Source of the DNA: Chrysomallon squamiferum
Taxonomy: Eukaryota > Animalia > Mollusca
NCBI GenBank assembly: GCA_012295275.1
Contig: CM022673.1
Location: forward strand, 26,784,001 to 26,848,000
Direction of reading: 5' to 3'
DNA length: 64,000 nucleotides
The translations under genes were made by a program, and so were the position numbers. How positions within the stretch are numbered: the first letter of the stretch is position 1; each line of letters opens with the position of its first letter. Of this stretch, positions 57,201-64,000 are shown one piece after another. The notes below the pieces were generated by a model that worked only from the letters and a program-made list of their open reading frames with translations, ran no database searches and had not been told where the DNA came from.

Positions 57201-57639
57201 GTGTGTGTTTGTATTATTGTGTTTTTATATTTATATATACAGATTGATAAGATTGATAGATAACAAAACAGTTCAGTAATTTAGAATCAGAGAGTAAACT
57301 AAGCATAAGAGATAGACTGGTAGACAGACAGACAGACAAATAGAAAGAGAGTAGAGCGATGAATGAATAAATGGATAGACAGATCGATGGATGAATGCAT
57401 GCATGGATATTGAAACAGAGACAGACACAATAAGACAGTCAGAGAGATAGACAGCGGTATCAAAACCAGAACAAAACAAGTACATTTAACTGAAACGTCA
57501 TTTATCTGAAACTGCACTGCAACTGAGTATATATGTACACTACTGACCGCTGCCGATACTAGAAGCTGACCTTCTACACACGATTAATAACAGACAATAC
57601 AACATTCGTATTGATCAGTTTGTTATTGTACATGTCCAT

Positions 57640-58275
57640 AGAATGGTAGTTTTGGCCACTGACACATGATCTAATAGTCCGGTGTTTGTTTTCATAAATA
57701 TGGTGTTAAATTATCTTGGGCCACTGACCACCAAAAAGATCGTTGTTATAAAATGTAACGTGTTAAATTACCTTTAGTCATTAATCACTATGCAGTAAAC
57801 ATTTTAAACTAAAAGTGTTAAATTAATTTTAGCCGTTGACCAAATATGGAGTAATTTGTTATCATAAAATACAACGTCTTAAAATAGCTTTAAGTAATGA
57901 CCAGTAAACTGTATACTGTTAGATATTATAAACGTTCGCTATCTCAGTAGTTCAAACCACTGGCTAAAATTCCACAAGCAGACTGTCTGTACAACACGTT
58001 TTGTGTGAAAGCAGCTTTAGCCACTGACAGATCAACATTCTCTTATTATAAACTGTAGAGCTTGGAAGTGTCTGCTATTCCAGTTACAAACCGTATACTT
58101 TGAAAGTAGCTTTATCAATGACCACACAAAGATGCAATTATAAATTAGCTTTATCCAGTGACCACTCAAAGATTGCTATTATAAATTGTACGGTCTGAAA
58201 TTAGCTTTATCCAGTGACCACTCAGAGATTGCTACTATAAATTGTGGAATCTAAAAATAGCTTTAACTCTTAACC
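57640..58275. repeat. Degenerate ~58-bp minisatellite
   Basis: Recurrent ttataaa...aaattagcttta.cca(c/g)tgacca. Confidence 0.7.
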
Positions 58276-58688
58276 AGCATTACTGTCAAACAGTTTGCTA
58301 AAAATTTAAATTATAAATTAGTCAAACAGTTTATTATAAAAAAAACAAAAAAAAAAAAAACCTCCCAGCCATGGTTGAGGAGGAGCAATTTGAAATACAA
58401 CATGAGTGTGCTATGGTTCAGTAACTTTCTTTTTTTGATTGATAAACTCAGGTGCAGGAAAATTTGCTGAATGTCACGCTGTCCACGTAGAACTCGTTTC
58501 AAGCTCATGAAAAGAATAATAAAATGTTTTATTTATGTCTAATAACCTTGTTTACTCAGAAGTAAATCGTCAGACACATTTTATTACGTCAGCGACATTG
58601 TTTACAATTTTCTGTCAGCAGCAGTGAATCGTTGTAATTAATTAATCTCTCCCCCTCACACCAGCTTAGCTCGTAATCGTTCTGTTGG

Positions 58689-58689
<1 letters not shown>

Positions 58690-58772
<83 letters not shown>
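58690..58772. repeat. (CA)n microsatellite
   Basis: Directly visible. Confidence 0.9.
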
Positions 58773-58774
<2 letters not shown>

Positions 58775-58970
58775 AACAAATATTTATTTATTTGTTTATT
58801 TATTGTTGTTTTGTTGGTTGGTTTTGCGTATGTGACTGTCCCTCTCTCAAAATGAAATATTTAAAGAGGCAATACATTTTTTATTTCTTTATTTAAAATC
58901 AGTAAACATCAGTGCAATTCGTATAATCCATACTTCTTTTTATATTGTTTACAGTAAAAAATAAATTATA

Positions 58971-59029
58971 TATATAAGTGTCATTTAGTTCATTACAACA
59001 TTTGATAGTGGAAAACCATCACGGTAAGT
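58971..59029 (+). promoter_or_regulatory. Candidate TATA box and short non-coding first exon of the secreted-protein gene
   Basis: tatataag 58971-58978 followed by consensus donor acg|gtaagt at 59024; the coding exon is preceded by acceptor ttcag ending at 60095. Confidence 0.35.
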
Positions 59030-59224
59030 CATATGCATATACACATACATACATACACACATATACATATATATATATGATTATATATTTACTTTTTTTT
59101 CTTTCTGTTTTACATACATTTACGCACACACGCACGCACATACACACACATACATAGTCACAGAGTGATGCGATTTAAAAAATGTAGATTTTAACTGAAT
59201 CTAAATTACTACCTTTAAAAGAAA

Positions 59225-59271
<47 letters not shown>

Positions 59272-59469
59272 ACCTGACTTACTAATTCTTTTTTATTTTT
59301 TTATTTGGAGAATTTGTTCTTACAAACTACATTATACATATATACACTTTTTTTTTTTTTTAGACACTTATACTTGTTTTACCTCATACTTTATTTCAAC
59401 AAAACTATTATTTTACCAGTTTATAAAAAGACTTTACTTGCTCTTAAACATTATTTTCAAAATGTAAAC

Positions 59470-59524
<55 letters not shown>

Positions 59525-59525
<1 letters not shown>

Positions 59526-59960
59526 AGTGGTACCTTGACTTACGAGTTTCTCAAACCAATTTTTCTAATTGAAATACCATTAATCGTTTTTAAATAAGAA
59601 AAATATATGTATAAATGACGGACATTGTACAAAAACAAAATAAAAGAGAATGTAAAGAAATAAATTGGTTTTGTAAAGTGTATTTATCTTGGAGATGAGA
59701 CAACTTGAGCTAATTGAAAATGCTTACGTTCCATGGACTGAAAAAAAAGGGGGGGAAAGAAACGCGAGCACAACAACACAAAGATGCTTCCACGGCGAGG
59801 TAACCGTGTGACGTGGGCTGCTGCGGTGTTGTTCATTTCTCCAACTGGCGGAGGCATGTTATCTGAAGCTCGCTCGTAACTCAGATTGTAGCTCGCAACT
59901 CAAGGTAAAAAACCGGTGACTGCTCGTAACTCGGAAAACTCGTAAGTCAAGGTACCTCTG
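59525..59960. mobile_element. Tc1/mariner superfamily (pogo/Tigger-like) MITE, 436 bp
   Basis: 25-bp TIRs CAGTGGTACCTTGACTTACGAGTTT / AAACTCGTAAGTCAAGGTACCTCTG (24/25 match). Left flank TA, right flank TC, inserted in a (TG)n tract, no ORF. Confidence 0.88.
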
Positions 59961-60108
59961 TCTGTGTGTGTGTGTGTGTGTGGATATGTATGGATTTATG
60001 TATGTATACGACTGTGCAAATGTTTAAATATATATATATATATATATATACAGACGCACACATACACAAACACTCACATATTCATGTTTGTTCAGACTGC
60101 ACAGAATC

Positions 60109-60263
60109 ATGCTTCTTATTCTTTGCCTGTGTGTGTTGATTATGGCTGATGTCACCGTCACGGTGAGGCAGAGACGGACGGACATAACTGACAAGGGCTA
60201 CTCGAAATTGTTTCACGGTTGGGTGGATGTGCAGGGACAAGGAGTGAAGAATGACTACTGCAG
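60109..60263 (+). CDS. Secreted FG-GAP/VCBS-like repeat protein, coding exon 1 (signal peptide)
   Basis: Acceptor at 60095, ATG 60109; MLLILCLCVLIMADVTVTVRQRRTDITDKGYSKLFHGWVDVQGQGVKNDYC(R); donor ag|gtttgt, phase 2. Confidence 0.8.
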
Positions 60264-61293
60264 GTTTGTTACAACAGCTGAACGTAGGTGACTTTGTCTT
60301 TTACTTTTTACGTAACCAGTGGCGTAGGTAAGATATGACAAGTATGACGCTTGCATTGGGCGTCACCCGAAGAGGGCCCCACTGAGCTGTTTACGTTAAA
60401 CGTGACTGGTATTTATGAGCTGATTTTTATGATTCTAGACAGGGGCGCAGTTACAGTGTTTGCCTCAAAATTAACCCATTAAACTTAAAACTAAACGCAT
60501 TAAATACTTATTAGCGTTTAAATTATTCAACAATTTTTTAACTAATCGCACTAAATGAAGAAGATACAAGGGAAACATAACTCTTGCTCTCTACGTTTAT
60601 TTGTGGGTTATAAGATTATATGTTACAATATATTAGGAAAAAAAAATTAATAATAATAAAAAAGAAGAATTCTGATGTTACTCGATACGTTCCCTGAGCT
60701 TGGTGAATTTTGTTTGTTTTGTTTTGTATTTTTGAAAGGAGCCAAAATATTTTGGAGAAAAATGTTTAAACGAGAGACGTACCACGGATTGTGGTGTGAT
60801 TTAGTCCGTTTAATGATGAGTGCTTTTCTCCTTATAATCTCTTTCTTCGGCACCAACACAGCAGTCGTTATTAATTTTTATTCATGTCTTTTTCTGCCAG
60901 TACTGAAAAGTTAAGGGTGTCAAAGTCAAACACCCGTTAATACGTCCAGCGAAACCCGATGTCCCCTCATCACACAGACAAACGACAAACGCCCAGGTTA
61001 TCGACCACTTACCAGTAGCACTCAAGAAGATCGATGTTGTTGTTGTTGTTGCTGCTGCTCCTAAAACACGCCCCCGAGTTTTTTTAAAAATAATTTGATT
61101 CTTGTACTTCACTAAAGGTGACTTCAAAATCAGCTGTAAAATCTTTGGTGCAGGTATTTTTGTAAATTAAATTTTAAATAATGTTACATAGACCGTCCTA
61201 TGATTTCATCATAACGATTGTTTTTTCCCTCTATGTATTTTTATTACATTGTGTCTTTTAAGGAGACATAGTTTTATGTATGTATCCGGTAAA

Positions 61294-61339
<46 letters not shown>

Positions 61340-61534
61340 TTTGTTGTTACGATGTGTACAAATGTAATTATATGGATAGAAAGAAAGAAAGAAAGAAAAA
61401 TAGCTAGATGGATAGACAGACAGACAGACAGATAGACAGACTGACAGATATACAAATAGACATACAGACTGACTGATACATAGATGCATAGACACATATA
61501 CAGACAGGCAGACAGATAGATAGACAGACAGACA

Positions 61535-61589
<55 letters not shown>

Positions 61590-61614
61590 TGACACATGTA
61601 TATTATAATTCTAG

Positions 61615-61796
61615 AGTTGTCGGCCCATCCAAAGGCTTCCCATTTAGATGGATGTCATGCGCACTGGCCGGAACCCAGGGTGCAAGTGAATACAACTACA
61701 ACCCGTCTAATGGCGGCACGACCTGGTTTGACGTCGGATATTCAAACACGTGGTTCATGGAGGACAAAATGGAGACGGGCGAGATGACTACTGCAG
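61615..61796 (+). CDS. Secreted FG-GAP/VCBS-like repeat protein, coding exon 2 (apparent 1-nt deletion at 61766-61769)
   Basis: Acceptor ttctag; VVGPSKGFPFRWMSCALAGTQGASEYNYNPSNGGTTWFDVGYSNTWFMEDK[+A]NGDGRDDYC(R); donor ag|gtaatc. Confidence 0.8.
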
Positions 61797-62003
61797 GTAA
61801 TCGCTGTAACACTGAGAATATTGTTTTATCAAAAATAAACAGTAAAAACATAAATATGTAGACCTTTCCAAATTATATAAGATATCCGGACTGAATTTTT
61901 GAAAATTATTCAAGAAAAGAAAGTTTAAAAGGAGAACGAACTAAGAATGTAAAGAAGAAAGGTTGAGAGTTTCCGTTTTGTAAATCATCAGAAAATATAA
62001 ATA

Positions 62004-62040
<37 letters not shown>

Positions 62041-62065
62041 TGATATCTTATGACAGTAACCAATT

Positions 62066-62127
<62 letters not shown>

Positions 62128-62289
62128 TATTTTAAACATCACTTGTAAATAATGTTAGTGTACTGCACTATGGCATAAAAAAACTTCTTTAAAAGTATCT
62201 GTCAAAAAAAGAAAAAAGAAATCATATGTCGTAATCACGGCTAGATATTAAATCCAGTTTTTTACCGGTTGCAATGTAAATTGTTGTAG

Positions 62290-62401
62290 ATGTGTTGGAG
62301 ATCTGCCGAAGACGTGGATGTCGTGTATGCTGGCAGACCGGTTTGGTTTTAACAGCAATCAGTATACCTTTACTATAAAAGGATCTCAAGGATGCCACTA
62401 A
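62290..62401 (+). CDS. Secreted FG-GAP/VCBS-like repeat protein, coding exon 3 (terminal)
   Basis: Acceptor ttgtag, phase 2; CVGDLPKTWMSCMLADRFGFNSNQYTFTIKGSQGCH*, homologous to the start of exon 2. Confidence 0.78.
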
Positions 62402-62453
62402 ACAAAAGACAAACACGTTAAACACATTTCACAAAACGTTAAGTGTCATACTT

Positions 62454-62459
62454 AATAAA
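62454..62459 (+). terminator. Candidate polyadenylation signal of the secreted-protein gene
   Basis: AATAAA 52 nt after the stop codon; weak evidence in AT-rich DNA. Confidence 0.4.
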
Positions 62460-63620
62460 TCTGTCATAAAGAAAAAGCTTGTAAGTGTTTTGTGATGACA
62501 TAACTAGACGCATTCATAACTAGGCGCATGCACACATACATACATGAACAGATGTTAACATACCACCAGGTCGACCAATTATCTCAGACTGTGGATCGGA
62601 ATTTTATAACATTTCCTAATACATTGACTCTGAGACACGCTAGTTTTTGTTAAAAATACAGATGATCTTTTATCTAAAATATCTAAAACCAAAAATACCA
62701 CCAAATTCATTTTTAGTCACCCTGGATATCGATTCCATGTTCACTAACATAAACATCGAATGCGGGTTTAGAATCTGCTGAGAGAGCGTTCGAAAAATAC
62801 CCCGATGCAGAAAGACCAATCGAAAGTATCATAGAATTACGTGAATTAAGTTTAAAAGGCAACGACTTTAAATTTAACGGGGAAATGTAATTAGCAGGTT
62901 TGTGGTTTCGCCATTTTTTGCCTGTATTTATAATACAAAATTGGAAGAAGCAACCAAGAAGCCATTTTTTATATCATTTCATACCCATCATAAAGGTATC
63001 GTTAAATCTCATGTCTTTAGGTTTCACAGAAATTCAAGTAACAAAGAAAATTTTAATGAGGATTGTTCACTCCTATTTTGCGCCCTGAAATCGAGACGTT
63101 ATTCAAAACGAGTTCTGTGGAAAATTAAATCTGAAACGTCAGAGAATTAGAAAAACCGTTAGAACCACCAGACCCATTTTAAGCCATCTAAAATCCAACG
63201 TAATATTCCACCTCACTTGGGTTCCGAATCTACAGCGATCTGTAAGATGCAGGCTCCACGACGACGTATAAAATCTCAGTCTACGTTGAATAGCGAAGAA
63301 ACAAAAAGTGAATATCAAATCCGAACTAACCTAGACTGAGATTCCAAAAATTTGTGTACTTGATAACATGTAAAAAAATATTATGTCGGCCAATCCCAAA
63401 ATATGTTACGAGTCAGAACTGCTTGTCACGAATACGATATTAGGCATGAAGTTGACATTCCTGTCGCCAAACACTTTTAATATTTTAATTTACTTTCTAA
63501 ATACTTTTAAATAGATTTAGAGATGTACTGTCTTTCTGTATAAAATGTAATGTTAAACATGCCTGAACGCTTCTGCATATAGTTTTAAAAGGTTTAATGA
63601 ATAATAATAATATAATAAAG

Positions 63621-64000
63621 AATAATATATAATCAAACGCAAGTATTTTTTATGGATTTTATAAATAATAAATAATAAACTTGGGGTGTAATTATATATG
63701 ATGTTTATTATTAAATGGAAATGTTTATAACTGATCACTGGCTGATAAAACTGATACTTATTTTTATTTTTGAGTTGCTCAGTAATAACTGTTAATATTA
63801 ACATATGTTCGGGTTTTGTTAAACATTAATTAATGTTATTTCTAATACCTAAATGAAAATTATAAATTCTTATCTCAAGCCTCGAGGTCTTAAAAAGATA
63901 AATTACGGAAGCTTACAATGTCGAGTAAAGGAGTATTTCACAATCTAGCTGTTCGCAAACGCCTTCTCTGACTTTACCAATAAAACGTGGTGGGAGTGCG
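63621..64000. repeat. Duplicated copy of POLR1F intron 1 (part) and exon 1, running off the window end
   Basis: Direct repeat of 54266-54642 with scattered substitutions. Confidence 0.92.
63917..64000 (-). pseudogene. POLR1F: Second copy of POLR1F exon 1 (partial in window); orphan exon or alternative first exon
   Basis: Reads ..ALPPRFIGKVREGVCEQLDCEILLYST with intact donor gtaagc; no private exon 2 or 3 follows it. Confidence 0.7.

Overview
Eukaryotic (animal) genomic DNA, very AT-rich and full of microsatellites. The spliced genes and repeat style suggest a lophotrochozoan, probably a mollusc (inference). Four protein-coding genes are supported. (1) ZC3H10, a single coding exon, + strand, 4203-5489. 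(2) The proneural bHLH gene NeuroD, + strand, 48330-49444, with an apparent 1-nt deletion at 48586-48588. (3) POLR1F/TWISTNB (RPA43), three exons, - strand, 54737-52623, convergent with NeuroD. (4) An unnamed three-exon gene, + strand, 60109-62401, encoding a ~149-aa secreted protein: signal peptide, furin-type site and two Cys-containing FG-GAP/VCBS-like repeats, again with one apparent 1-nt deletion. A second copy of POLR1F exon 1 plus part of intron 1 starts at 63621 and runs off the window end. The ~43 kb between ZC3H10 and NeuroD has no credible coding exon. It holds CpG-rich islands with CAGATGG E-boxes, an orphan promoter-like module at a CpG-depletion boundary (~23.4 kb), minisatellites and a foldback element. 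A pogo/Tigger-like MITE lies at 59525-59960. Most ORFs in the supplied track are microsatellite artefacts. No rRNA, tRNA or CRISPR features were recognised.
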